Positions 26,937 to 41,100 of a stretch of 64,000 nucleotides of DNA are shown here, in pieces. Positions within the stretch are counted from its first letter, which is position 1, and every line of letters begins with the position of its first letter. Source of the DNA: Adineta vaga (Eukaryota > Animalia > Rotifera); contig CP075493.1 of NCBI GenBank assembly GCA_021613535.1, forward strand, positions 8,184,001 through 8,248,000, in the 5' to 3' direction. Both the position numbers and the translations under genes were made by a program. The notes under the pieces are model-generated. The model was not told the DNA's origin. It ran no database searches and saw only the letters and a program-made list of their open reading frames with translations.

Positions 26937-28600
26937 ATGGAAGAATACGATTTGTCATTAATTGAATTGAATGAAACTCAAAATCATGATGATTTTCGTG
27001 TTGTTTGGTTTTCGTTAAATGAGACACCAAAATTTCTAACAAAATTTGCTGATTCGTTAAAGAAATTTAGTTCCATCGAAGATTGTATGAGTTATATGCA
27101 ATTTGATAAACATGATCGTTCGAAATTAGTCGGTCCATTTGATAATATCGATGAACTAATCAATCGAGTACGAAAAGATATCTTATTTCTTATTTAATTA
27201 AACGTCAAGAAACTTTAGATATGAATGAATTAAAACGAATTATATTAGATCAATGTCAATTCGAATATAAAAATCAACCAATTGAATTAGAGAAAATCGA
27301 TTGTTTTGATAATAATATTTTAAACTGGTATATACAAGATTCATTTGTTTATCGACTTTTAAACAAAGCATTTCGCACAAGACACATCATTTTTATTGAT
27401 AAAATTTATTGTAGTTTTATAAATTTATATAATCGATTTGATGAATTAGCAAAAACACAGAAAGAAATCTATCCATTGACCGTTTATCGTGGACAAATTC
27501 TTGGTTTAAAAGAGCTAGAACGGTTCAAATCAAATGTTGAATGACTTATTTCAACAAATACATTTATGTCAACGTCACGTCGTAAAGACATAGCTCTTTC
27601 ATTTATTCATGATACTTCACAAAGTGCTTTATTTAAAATTTGCATTCCATATCCAATTAATGCGAGATTTTGAGCTTCAGTTCCATGTCAGGGGAAGAGG
27701 AAATTTTATTTTTTGTCGGAAATATTTTTTTCAATTGATTCAATTCAAGAAGGAAATTCACCGAGATGGATTATTGAACTTACATAAAGAAATGAAATAT
27801 ATGAACATTTTGAAAATTTGATGCAGGATTTTCAAAAGCATATTCCGGATTTTCGTTTGATACTGAAATATTATGATGTATTAACTAAAGAACACTTTCC
27901 TTCGAAGAATTCATGTCTCAATATAGTATACATTTACGTTGCTTTTTCATTCAGTAATTTAGGATGTTATGAAAAGGCGATTGAAATTTACAATTATATT
28001 GGCAATATTTGGGATAATATAGATAACATTGAGCATGCTGTATCATGTTATCGTTGCGCACTACATATCGCAGATATGAATAAAATTTCTAGACTAGATT
28101 TGAAACAGAAAATTAATGATTTAATTGATCAAAATTCTACTAATGTAAGAAATATTAATGAAATAGATAATTATTATAAATCAATTCTAAATACCAATAA
28201 TCAAAATGAACTGAAAGAATTTCAAGAACAATTAAACAATGGAGACAATCTGACACCCAATGAACATATCGATATACTATATGATATTGGTATACTTTTA
28301 ATGAGAAAAGGAGATTTTCTGTAAGCTTATGAAATCTTTTTGAAGACTAGACAAATGCTTGTCAAAGCACAATTCGATCGATTGATTTATCATATCAAAT
28401 TGGTTTATGTTTGATGAAAAAAGGTGATTTTCCTCAAGCTTTAACTAGTCTTTTAAAAGCTAAAGAAATTATTATTAATCATCCTCAATTACTTGCAACA
28501 CTTTATGATAATATTTCTTTTTAAACCAACCTTTAAAAGCGTTCAGTATGTGGAGGAAATCGAATGATGTGACAACCATTTTTTCGTATGATTAGTTGTC
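26937..28600 (+). pseudogene. Degraded R-S-E ADP-ribosyltransferase (ART) plus TPR gene
   Basis: Motifs WY..DSFVYRLLNKAFR, TVYRGQ, ISTNTFMSTS and EEEILF, then TPR-like YDIGILLMRKGDF and YQIGLCLMKKGDFPQAL. In-frame stops (for example TGA at 27542-27544) and a frameshift between the STS and EEE motifs, with no rescuing introns evident. The end coordinate is approximate. Confidence 0.75.
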
Positions 28601-28934
28601 ATCTATATTTCGAAATTCATTCTTGTGAATAATCAATGTTTTTTTCGTTTTTCTTCATATAAAAATTCTCTTTTAGCAAACAAGAAATTGTTTTTTCTAC
28701 TGAGTTATGTGCAATAAGTTGACGGTGACAGTGTCTCGTCTTCACCCATACCCTCAAGATGAGAAATATTGTCAGTAAAAAAGTCATTTATTAAATGTCA
28801 TATTAAAAATAAAACAACTCTTGTCATTTAAAAAAACAAGTTCACTGGGCCGGACCTATCCAATATTCAAATAACACAGAGATAGACGTACAGGTAGTTT
28901 TATATATGAATAAAACAACTCTTCTATCTCATGA

Positions 28935-30956
28935 TTACACTTGTTCAAATAATCCTGTATCAAGATTACGTGCCATTAATGCATCTGGTAATGCATTAGG
29001 AATTTTATGATCAATATATAAACGTCGAATGGTATTATCTTGAAGATAACGTACTGCTGCTGGAGATATTCTTATACAACCAGAAATATAGATTTCTTCA
29101 AGAAATGGTTGAGTATGAGCCATGGCTAAGATTGATTTATCAGTTAATTGAAAACAACCAGAAAGAACAAGTGATATGAATCGACATACACCAAGAAGAT
29201 CACAGATAGATTGATCAGTTATCTAAACGAAAATATTTCGTTGATTTTCATCGAAAGTAAGACTTCATTAAAAAAGACTCTTTACTTGTTTGCATCCTTT
29301 GATATTTAAATGAGATAAATTTTTACAATGTCTCAATGAAGATATTAATGCATCATTAACTGATGGAATACCAGAGAGTTCAAGTAATCTTATATTTAGA
29401 CAATTTTCTACTAAACACCAAAGAATTTGTTCATTAATCTAAATAAACATATTTGTAAAACATTTCATTTAAAAAAAGTAATTCAATCAATTTACATTTC
29501 GAAATGAACTTAATGATATTGTATGTAGTTTCAAAGCACGTGTTGATGAACTGAATAAATTATACAATGAATCGAGTGTCGATGTAAAACTAAGTAAATT
29601 TAATGATAATTGTTCTAATGATGTACAATGACTAACAATATGATCGACACTACGATCTGTCAATGATCCTACAGTAATATAACCATTCATTTCTAAAGTT
29701 TTCAATCGACCACCAATAACAGAAAGAACCTGAAATTTACTTCATTAAATCTTTTGTTTCGAAGACACAAAATGTAGTTTTACATACTTTTTCTAATGCA
29801 TCATCAGAAATCGTTGCTAAACCGTTCAATCGAAGATGTTCCAAATGTTGCAATCTTGTAAGAGCTCGAACGAGAATATTAGTACTGTAAACTTGTGTAC
29901 CCGATAAACATAAATCAACCAGAGACAAGGGTAAACAACAGATGTAATCAGCAACAGGTTCTTGTAGAAAACATGTAGTGTAAGACAAATTGATTTGTAT
30001 CATACGTGTTGATCGAACAAATAACTAAGATGAAATAAATTTCGAATACTTTTTCACTCAAAATAATCTTACAGTAAATAAACCATCAGCATCTAAATTA
30101 AGTATACCAAATAAGTTCAAACTAGAAGAAACGAAATACCTTTTAGAAATCGTATTTTTAATACTAAAAAGAGTTTACCTTCGAATATTAGGACAATAAT
30201 CAACGAGATTGAGAAAAACTTCAGCATCCAAAACTTTTAAACCTTCGATGTCTAACACTTCCTAATGAGAAAACGAAACACCGTATTCAATTATGAATAT
30301 CAATAAAATTATGAATGAATAACGGACGAGTTTATCTGCTAGATTTTGTGCAACATGAATAACAGATTGACCAGTTAATCCATGACAATTAACAAGGCGA
30401 ATAGAGCGTAAATTAAGATTATTTGACACAACCACAAATATTCCATGATCTTGAATTTTGTCATTCCAACGAAAATCAATTTCTTTAAGAAATGCTGAAT
30501 GTATACCATCAAGACCTGCATTCGTTAGATTAGTCAATTTTCTTAATGCAACATATTCAAGTGATAATTGTCCTTTTGTTATAGCACGTATTCCTGAATC
30601 TAAATCGAAAGGTTTACTAATAAATACTTGAATAGTTTTCAATTACCTTGTACTTGATTGCATTGATGAATAATGAGTGATTTTAATCGACTAAAATGAC
30701 TGGCTTTACCAATTTCAATTAACATATTATTCGTTAATTGATTACATTTATAAAATTCCAAAGAATACAATGGAATCGAAAGAAGATTTCTTGTTATATG
30801 TGGAATCGTCGGAGTGGAAAGACAATCATGTGAAGCAAGCCATCGAAGTATACGTTCACGTTGATCAGCTGTCAAACATTGACATGATTCGTAGGAGAAA
30901 TATGGAAGATTAATTGCAACTTGTTTAATAAGAAGTTCACGTAATTTCAATACCAT
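28935..30956 (-). CDS. Leucine-rich repeat protein, Cys-containing/RNI-like (FBXL/AMN1-like)
   Basis: About 8 exons with repeated LxxLxLxxCxxLT/ITD units such as LSLVLSGCFQLTDKSI and LEEIYISGCIRIS. The N-terminus LKLRELLIKQV resembles a BC-box/F-box-type start. Confidence 0.8.
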
Positions 30957-31304
30957 ATTGCTAGTGCATGTGCAAGAAATTTGATTAAGATTTATAAATA
31001 TAAGTATACCACTTGATGACATGGCTTGTAGAATGAGTCATAAGTGATGATAGATAAAGTATCACATAATTGGTCTAAATACTACTCAATCATATTGTTC
31101 TGCATCTTACTTACTCACTCAAAGATATTGATGTGTAGTAGTATGAGAGTGATTACTGTTGATACTATATGATTTCATTCTTATATGACCAATTTACTCA
31201 ATTATTTGCAAACATCTAGAAAAAAATCAACATTTTTTAACAAATACGAACTATAATCTTGTGTAATTGAATCTAATGAATTCAATTACAACTTGATCAG
31301 TCTT

Positions 31305-31495
31305 TTACGGTCTAAAATTCTTTAATTTTATCCAGTGAAACTTCATACAATACCATGAAAACAATACGGTCCGTATACGGCTAATTACAGCATTAAAAGC
31401 GAACCGTATACTGTTTGTAATAGCGGGCGTAGTAATACGGTCCGTTTTGAATCCATACATAGCCGAAAAGTAACTGTTTTGATCGACCTGGGTTG
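31305..31495. repeat. Degenerate interspersed repeat or MITE-like remnant with palindromic CCGTATACGG-type units
   Basis: CG-rich island with recurring aatacggtccgt (twice), ccgtatacgg and accgtata, ending in ttttgatcgacctggg. No coding signal. Confidence 0.4.
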
Positions 31496-33766
31496 GCATC
31501 ATTCTATTTTACACATGCGAACAATAACCAAGAATTCACAGATGTATCTGTCGTATAAATTCTCTATAAGAAAAAATAATTAAAAGATAAAAGTTTTCAA
31601 TTTTTTTACATACATCGTTGAAATTGAGCTCTATCGTAATTACAAGGAAAGATCTTGATCGATTCAATCATTCGAAATTAGGTTTTAATCGGTTTTTCTA
31701 ATACAAATCGATTTTATCGATTAAAATGAATTTTTTCTGATGAAGACCATATGAGAATTATGCCATTTCAAACGTTATCTTTACATGAAAAGATATTCGA
31801 TCGAGGGCTCATGGTCTAGCTACCTAGAAGAAAGACAGTGTTTATCACGTGATATATGTGATTGTTTTCATATATGTTTTCCATCGAATGTATGCTAGTA
31901 TACGAAAGTATTCTCTTATCCAGGTCCGAAGGTGTTTTTCGATATCGAAAAGTAAGAGAAAAGAAAAGAATCAGTCAGGCTATATAAGGAGCGATGTTAC
32001 AGAAAACAGCTTATATTAAAATGTCCCGGGTCAAAATATAGGTACACCGGATTCGGTCGATCCTACGTAATTCCAACCGGAACATCTCGAAAATTTACCG
32101 GAATCCACTGGTTAGGATTAATTGATCTGTGTGTCAAATAAAGGTGGAATAGTAAGTATTTGTGATTTTAAAATTTTTCTGTTCTTCTTAACAGCAAATG
32201 TCTCTAGTAGTCGAGAGAGAATCAGAGTATTCAGGTTAGGAAAAATAATGAGAGAGAGAGAGCTTATTCAGCGAATTTCATTCGCTAATATAGGAAAGAA
32301 AGAAACAAAGAAAGATATTTGCCATATAAGAGAGTGAGTTTGACGTTAAACTCGTCATGCCTGTATACCCGAATGTCTATTTCGGAATAAGTTCGCGATG
32401 GTGATGAGTTAGTCCAGGCTGGTACCAGTAAAAGCACACGAAGCATTGGAGCGAACTTCTTCAATGGTTCGTTTGGATGCGACAAATGTGGAGGAGGTAG
32501 TTTATAATATGGAGAAAACAAATGGACTCCATGAAAAAAATCAATTAGAAAAAAGTTTAAGAGGGAAATATTAGCAGGCATTCGAGAGACAGAAGAAAAG
32601 ATGTTTTCGGTACGTGTGGTCACGCACGATCTCTTTATTCAACTGAACCAAAAGAATCGAAAGTACGTATATGTGAATAACATCAAAGAAAACGAAAAAA
32701 AATAGCGAGATAACAAAAGAGGAAACGAAAGAAAAAGATTGTACACTAGCGATCGTTGTGAAAGCATATGCTGGGTTCTGTACAATTACATAAAACATTT
32801 CCCATAAATCGAGCCAAATCTAAAATATTAATACATGAAAAATGTCAAGAGAAAAATCATAATATGTCAGTCTCAACCATTTTTCGTACAGCATCTTCTG
32901 TAGTACAAACATTGTCTAATAATCAAAAAAATCGATTTGATTTGTATAGATAAATTTTCAATCGATAAATATTCCAATGGTATACTAAATAGGTCATCAG
33001 GTCATCAACAGCAATAAGATTGTTCAGATAGTCATTGTTATCTTCGTCACTTGATGTTCATTTTGCGTTACGTTAACTATTTATCGACTATAAAGAATTC
33101 TGCGAGAAATGTATATGAGTAACAAGCAGACGAATAAATCGATAATAAAATTCTGTGCATTATATTTGTTGTCAGTACTCGATGATTCAAGTACGAAATC
33201 TATTTCCAAGGGAAAAATAACTGAAACTATCTGTACTTCGTTTTTGCATAAGATTAATTATGCCAATAATCGAACTGTTAGATGATCAGCGAAATTAAGG
33301 CATAGATCTGATTCCTATTTACATGAAACTATCTGATGACCATATGATTGTCCAGGGGACAACTATGATGATACAATCGAAGTTTTCTTCTGGAAAATCA
33401 CCTTTTCAGCTATGGTAAGGTAAAGAATTTCTTTCCTAAATATCGAAACGAAAATTAAAGCACCTATTACCACTTGTCTTTATTAAAAGCTGTTTTATTT
33501 TATTCTAATGATCAAAATCAATGATTTTATATTAACTACGATTATACGTAACAGATGTCATTACTAAACAGAGAATTCCTTCGGTTAATATGTGAGAATC
33601 ATTTTCACCAATCCGTGCATAGATATCAAATATCTTTGTGTATGAATGATTCATTATGCCAAAAACTTGTATATTACATTATATTATACTCGTTCGTTTC
33701 GTTCGTCAGATTTTCTCTTTCTCACTAAAGTATATATAACTACGTGTACTTGAATGAAAAACAGTG

Positions 33767-34692
33767 ATGTCATCGTCATCTTATTGTGAAGAAACGAACA
33801 GTCAAATTGATCAACAATCTTTTCAAATAATGCCATCAAATGATGACAATGAAGATTTTATTGATGATGACGACGAGGATGATGATGATGATGATAATGA
33901 ATCAATACATAATTCAATTAAACAAAAGAAAACGAAGAAAACGTTAGGTCGAGTTAAAATCAAAATGGCTTATATTGATGATAAAGTTCGACGTTATACC
34001 ACATTTTCGAAACGAAAAACAGGTATCATGAAAAAAGCATATGAATTAGCAACATTAACTGGTACGGAAGTCATGCTTCTTGTTGCTTCTGAAACAGGTA
34101 AAGCATTTGATGATTCGATTCATTTATAGAAAACACAATTTATTCAGGTCATGTTTATACATATGCAACTCCAAAATTACAACCAATGATTACGAGTGAA
34201 GCTGGTAAAGCATTGATTCAAACATGTTTAGAAAAAGATGCACCTATTGTTGAAAGCTATTCAACATTGAATGATACATGTGTTGAAGATAATCAACGAA
34301 AAAAACGAACAAATTCAGTTGTACAAAGTAAGATTTTTGCTTTATAAGGTCGTTTTCATTTTTTTTGTATTGAAATAGGTAACATATCGTCTGAAATCCG
34401 TCCTATTAAACGCACACGATCAAAATTATCTGAAGAAATCAAATCAGTCAATGGAACAACTTCATGTGCAACAACAACTTTTCTACCAGCATCAGCGACA
34501 GTTGCTCTCCCATTATCAAGTTTTAGTCATCTAGATTCTTCTCAACAATCGATTTCTACTTCAACTGATTTAACTTCTTCTTTGAAAACGACTGCAATGA
34601 ATGTTGTTTTAACCCCATCACCTAATACTTCTCAAAATTCATCTTCATCTAATGTCCCACTTGTCTTAACCTTTGGTAAATTTTCATCCTAA
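33767..34692 (+). CDS. SRF: Serum response factor (type I MADS-box transcription factor)
   Basis: Three exons. GRVKIKMAYIDDKVRRYTTFSKRKTGIMKKAYELATLTGTEVMLLVASETG splices to HVYTYATPKLQPMITSEAGKALIQTCL. Confidence 0.95.
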
Positions 34693-35149
34693 TAAGATAT
34701 ATTTATCTTCTCTTTTGTTTTCTAATTGTATATAAATACGATAAAATAACATATATGATAATGATAATAATTATTGGCGAGAATAAACTACAATTTGTTT
34801 CATTTTTTTAAATGGTATTCGATAAGTATGTAATTATTGATAAAAATTTGTTTCTTCGTTTTTCATATAAACTTATCCAATTTCTTTTCGCATCAAATGG
34901 GAAATCATATGGATATCTAGGAAAAGAATATTCTCAGATACTTTTAAAAAGAATCTTTTGAACGAATGAAGTAAAATCATGTGAATTATCTTTGCAAATG
35001 TTGAAATATAGCAACCGATCATCCATGTTACTTTTGGTCATTTTCATATGGACAAAAATCATCTTTTTCTTGTTTTAGATAGGATATTTAGTTCTTTATT
35101 TTTCAATCTTATTAAATCAAGAAAAAAATGATATTTCGGCAATTCTAAA

Positions 35150-38100
35150 ATGATGCATGCAAATAAAAAACTTTCATTACCAATGTACGGTGCTGATTTA
35201 TCATTTCGACAAAGTGTCGCAAAAATTCCATCCGAACGAACTGTTCAGGTTTGTTCTCTTTCATATGATAGTTATTAGAAATTCATTGCAGTAATATACT
35301 TCCTTTCTTTTCTTGTCATCTAAATAAATTCGATATGTTATAAAATATCTTCTTACATTTTCTAAATCGAACCAACAGATTGAAATTCTATTCGTTCTTA
35401 CACTTATATTCGGCACCTGAGGATATATAGACAAGTATAATGTAAATATTTAAAGAAAGAGAATGAATTTCCGTTTGTCCTTTTTTATTGTTTAAAAAAG
35501 AAAGGAACTAAAATCAAATTTTACCGTTTTTCTTTCACATAATGTCAATTCAATACGCGAAAGAAGAGAGAAAAGAAACAACTGCTCATTCATTTAACCC
35601 AAAACTGTAACTTGCTGTTTTCTTTTATTCTTTCTTCTTTATTTCCTCTGATTGACACCACCACCACCATCGGAGATGATTGCCAACTTTCATTGAGTAT
35701 AGGGAACTATATGGTTAATCATCGAAGTTGGGACACATACATACACACACGCACTCATATATACATATTGAAGAAAGAGAGTAAGGAAAGGAAAGAAAAG
35801 AGAAATGAGGGTGAAATCAAGTTGCCCGAATGAGTATACATACGTACATATACACATACATATATATATATACATAGACATATTCTTTCATCCGTTGTCC
35901 ATACAACTACGTTGAAAGGTACAGATTCTGTTCTCTCCTTTTTTTTTCTACTTCACTTTTTCCTCTATCATAGAGGTCAGATATGCTTCTTGTCCGGCTT
36001 CAAAAGTTCAATTTAAAAAAAGAAACGACCCTACTTTTTTAATGAAAGTTATTTTCATCACACTCCTTCTCTTTTCTTTCAAAGTGTCAAATCGGAAATG
36101 AAATTTCATACTTCTTTTTTTTTCTTCTTCTTCTTAATAGGATTTAACTATTATTAACACATATCTTAAACATTTGGAAGCATTATCAACACTTCGAGAA
36201 TCACATATTCGTCAATTGTGTAAAACAATTCGTCATGAAATCTATGATACCCATCATGTTCTATTCAGGTTTGTCCATAGAATAATTATTCTTCCTACAA
36301 TATTTATATTGATCCTTTTTATTTATTGAGTGACAACATTCTTTTAAGTTTGTTATATCTACTTGATAGTGACATGACATAGATCCATAGATACATATCT
36401 ATCTCTCTATCTATCTATTCATCATCATCATTTTATATTTACATAGCTAGTATTCTTTCTTGGTTAACGATCACGGTCAACTATCGATGTATCTTTCTTC
36501 GATAAAAGATATTCCAGTCGATATAGAGAATGACCTGTTGCGTCAGAAAGATGAAAATCATTTACTACTTAGTTTGCATTTTTATTTATATAATATGAAG
36601 CTAGATGAGAAGTGTCATTGTATTCTTCCGATGTATGCTTGCATGTTTGAAGAATGAACAGAGGACATGAGAGTATATGTAAATATATATCAGAATAGGA
36701 CAATACAGAGATCATATTGATGTTTAGTAGGAAGAAAAATTTTCTTTTTTTATTTTAGTCGTGGTGACTTGAATACTTGTTGGTATATACTTTTATCGGG
36801 CTCTGTCTTTATCGAGTCTACAATGTATTTACCAAGAGCCAGGTAATTCTAATTCTCTAAATTTTCATACGAATATATGATTTTTTTTAGTTTTGGTAAA
36901 CGAACTCCGGCTAATCCCTATCGACTCAATGAATGTGTTATCTTAGAACCTTCTGAATTACTTGTTGTGAGTGATAAGTTCTTTTTTTTCTTCCTAACAA
37001 AGAATCTTATTCTCTCTCTTCTTCAAAGATTGATTATCCGTCTATTGAAACAAAAGAATCAATAATACGAATTGAACAACAAGATCAAGATCAATCTATT
37101 ATTGATGATGAAGATCAACTTCAAACGATGACATTAAATCGAAAGAAAAGTTCACGTACTCGACAAGTAATCGAATCATTACTTTCTTGAGAATATATTT
37201 GTATTTCTTTATTTCAAGCGTTCTATAACTATAACCAATTCGACTGATATTCATGCATCTATGATACGTAGTTCACATTCACGTGCAAGTGATACATCGA
37301 GTGCTTATTCAGGCTCAGATATCATGCAATCATCGACAAATGGTGATGATTGTTTAATGATAAATAATGAAACTGATGATGAATCAGAAGGATCATCCGA
37401 AGTAACGACATAGAAATTCATTTTCTTTCTTTTATAACAACATATAAATCATTTTTCTTAGCATTCATTTCCAATTCGTGATCATATCCGAGAAGTATTA
37501 ATGAAAGAAGCAAATGAAAGAACTGATGATGATATAGAAACTATCTTAGAATTTCTTCATCATTTTCCAGTAAGTGTCTTTTTCTTTTTGAATAACTCTA
37601 AAAAATCGAAACTTGCAATTGGTTCTCTTCATAAGGCATTTGCTGATTTAACCCTACATGTTCGTCGGGAATTATGTAAAGTACTTGTCTATGCTCAAGT
37701 TGAAAAATCACAAACTGTAGTAATGAATGATGGAGAACGTTATGATTCTTGGTCAGTTATTATCAATGGAATTATTGATGATGAAACAATTACTGGTGAA
37801 TCAATACGAACATTAACTGTTGGACAAAGTTTCGGATGTGGTCCAACATTAGATCAATATTGTCACAAAGGTATTATGAAAACACGTGTGGATGATTGTC
37901 AATTTGTTGTCGTGGCACAAAATGATTATTATGCAATATTGAATCAAGTACGAATTGAATCCATTGTGTTTTTTTGAGAGAGAGAGAGAGAAGAAAGAAA
38001 TTTAATGGTTATGTTTTAGGGTGAAAAAGATGTTCGAAAAATTGAAGAAAACGGAAAAGTTGTGATGTTGAAAGAAAGACGTGTTGATGATGATGAGCAG

Positions 38101-41100
38101 AAAATTTCTCGAGAAATTGTTATAAAGGTAAAGACAAGTTTTTTTTTAATCGAATGGATATTATGAACTTGAAAATGAATCTTATTTTAGGCAACAATTG
38201 AAAAATTACTCGATTTACTTGTTGATGAACGTCAAATATTTGATGATTCGAATTTTGTCGAAGATTTTCTTCTCACCTATCGAACATTTATAAACGATCC
38301 AACTATAATCTCAACTAAATTACTTGAATGCTTTCAAAAAAATACGAATTTAACATCATGTGAACATATCGCACGTGTGATATTATCATGGGTTAATAAT
38401 CATTATAATGATTTTGAATCTAATGCAAAATTAAATGAATTTTTAGAAAAAATTCACGATGAATTTCAATATCATGATGGAGAAGTAATTGATTCGAAAG
38501 TTTTCTTTTTTCCAATAAATTTCTAATGGACAATCTTTTCTTCTTTAGTGTATGAAATCATGGAAATATTTACTTAATTTAGCTTGTTTTACACGAGCTA
38601 GTATACGAACGATAACGATAACACGTTCAACACGTGATGATGTATTAAATTTTAATATACTTGGTGGAAGTGATACATTGACCAATAATGGAATATTTGT
38701 ATCGAAAGTTGAACGACATTCCAAAGCTTATGAAGCTGGTTTACGTCGAGGTGATCAAGTAAGTTACTAGAATATATTCATTTACAGAAATTGATTTGTC
38801 AAATGTCTGTAATATTCCTTATAATTCTCTTTCGTAGATTCTCAATGTTAATGGTCAATCATTTGATTATTTAACTCATGCTCGTGCATTGGAAATTCTT
38901 CGCGGTTCAACCCATTTATCATTAACAGTTAAAAATAATCTGATGGGTAAGAAAAATAAAGAATGTCTGTTTCTTTATGCTAGAAATATTTATTTTGATA
39001 AAAATTCAAAAAATGGAAGAACAAATCTCTAATTTTTAGGTTTCAATGAAATAATCAATCCAGAAAAATCACCTGTCCGAAAAAAACGTCATGATCTATC
39101 ATTATATGAACAAGAAATTCGAAATAAACTAAATGGTTCATCGCCAATACGTTCTCATTCCACTACAACATCACCTATTTTACCAATGAGTCCAACTGAA
39201 ACCTATCAACATCAAGCGCGTTCACCATTAACAACGATCACGACTCCAACGAAAAATATTCCAACAAATTCCGAAAAAACAAAACCACGTCCATTAACAA
39301 AACGTATGGGGTTAAAACGTGCTGTTATGCAAAAATTAAAAATTACAAAAAATAACAGGTAATCATGTTTTTATGGTTAATCTCGTTGAGGAATGTCGAG
39401 AATTTTTCCATCGATGATACCAAGTATATAGACCACATGAGGAATTGATTGTTAACATAATCCAAACAACTAATGAATTAATATCAAAATTCGTTCCGAG
39501 TAAACCTAAGTAAATCGAAATCATACTTGATTACTAAACTGTCGACTACAAATAAAGCTTATCTGATAGATTTCGACTTACCACTATACATCACTATTAA
39601 CATTAAGTTAACAAATGTCCAGATTATATATTGTTCCCAATATCGAGCAATACATAGAATTTGTGCAACAACACTTAATCCATTTGTAATTGCATCAAGT
39701 ACATGTGGTATAAATTTCTCTTCAAATAAATATGTTGATGTTAATAATTTTGAAAACATTGGAATTTCATGAAAGAACATAAATATTAATATACAACTAA
39801 TGAATAGAATTAACATCCATCCCGAGAATTTTAATGATTTCACTCGAGTTGTTGATTGTTTATCTAATTCTTTTGACCATATATATATTCCAATAAATTG
39901 CATTGGTAAAAAAAAGAATACAAACAATTGAGCATCACCTGCGTAACCATAAGCAAATGCAAAAGTTCCATAAAAAATCGCACCTAATATTCCCCAGAAA
40001 TACGAGGACATTTTTCCATGTATAACTAATAAAACGTTTAGAACATTTGTAAATGCAGATATTCCCGATAAAGATAACAAAATTCGACGCCATAATACTA
40101 CATTATCATCGGAATCGTTTATCCATTTAAATATAGAACGTTTACGATAGGGAAAGATAATTGAATTGAAATCCTTTAAGAAGAACAAGACGTGATTTTC
40201 ATGCATAGAAATGAAGTTTTTTTATTTTCTTACTAATAATGAGAAAACAACATTAAATGTTGCATAGAAAATAAGAATAAGAATTTGCCAGTTTTTAAAT
40301 GATTTCAAATCCGGTAGAATTGATTGAAAAACAAATTTGAATTGTTGAATATAACATTGAATGAAAGAAGAGAATTTTTTTGATGAATTTTGGTTCTTAG
40401 TTATATGACTTTCAAGACATTCCTCATCACTATGTTCAGATGAATTTGTTGTCGGTGTCGTTGCCGTTGTCGCTGTTGTTGGAACTGGATTGGTAAGAGG
40501 TTCGTTAGCGCTTGCATCAGTTAATTCCAAAGTAATTGTACTCATCTCCGTCGATATCGACGGTCGAATAAGCTTGAATAGGCAATAATGGTAAATATCA
40601 TTGAATGTAAAATATGAGAAAAAAATAAACCAAAGTATGCTCTAGATTGTATCTCAATCTGAATAAAAAACAAGTCGAAGCAATTTTTTTCTGCCAGCTT
40701 TTTTTATTTTTTTGCTGTTCTGCTTATTTTGTGCACTCTGGTAAACCTTAGAATAGTATAGACGAGACTGTCATGTGTTAGAAAAAGCAAAATTATTGGT
40801 TGGAATGTAAGAGAGAATGCTATGTAAACAAAAAAGGAAATCATATGGCTGTAGATTATGATTCATAACAGAAAAAGGAAAAGACTTCTTCTTTGGGAAA
40901 AACTCGAGTTCTATCGGAGTATGTATGAGTTTAAATCAAAACCACAAACCTGGATGATTGTATCGAATAAAAAAAGATTGAGTACAAAATGTTTGATTTT
41001 AACGGTTAAAAATAACATCACATGCTTATCATCAGATGATTGAAAAACAATACATAAGAACGAAATCTATAAGCTTTTTAAATCGAGCAGAACTGAAATT

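Noticed and set aside
32390-32510. Short frame reading FNGSFGCDKC, reminiscent of a CACTA-type transposase motif
   Set aside because: It is only about 38 codons between stops, with no other transposase motifs or terminal repeats; too weak to call.
26937-40545. A functional NAD module linking the ART gene (NAD consumer) with PnuC (NAD precursor uptake)
   Set aside because: The ART is a pseudogene, the loci are about 11 kb apart with unrelated genes between them, and eukaryotic proximity alone does not imply a pathway.
39363-40545. Bacterial contamination or a chimeric assembly as the explanation for pnuC
   Set aside because: The gene has two canonical spliceosomal introns and host-like AT content, and it lies inside an intron whose flanking RAPGEF exons join in frame.
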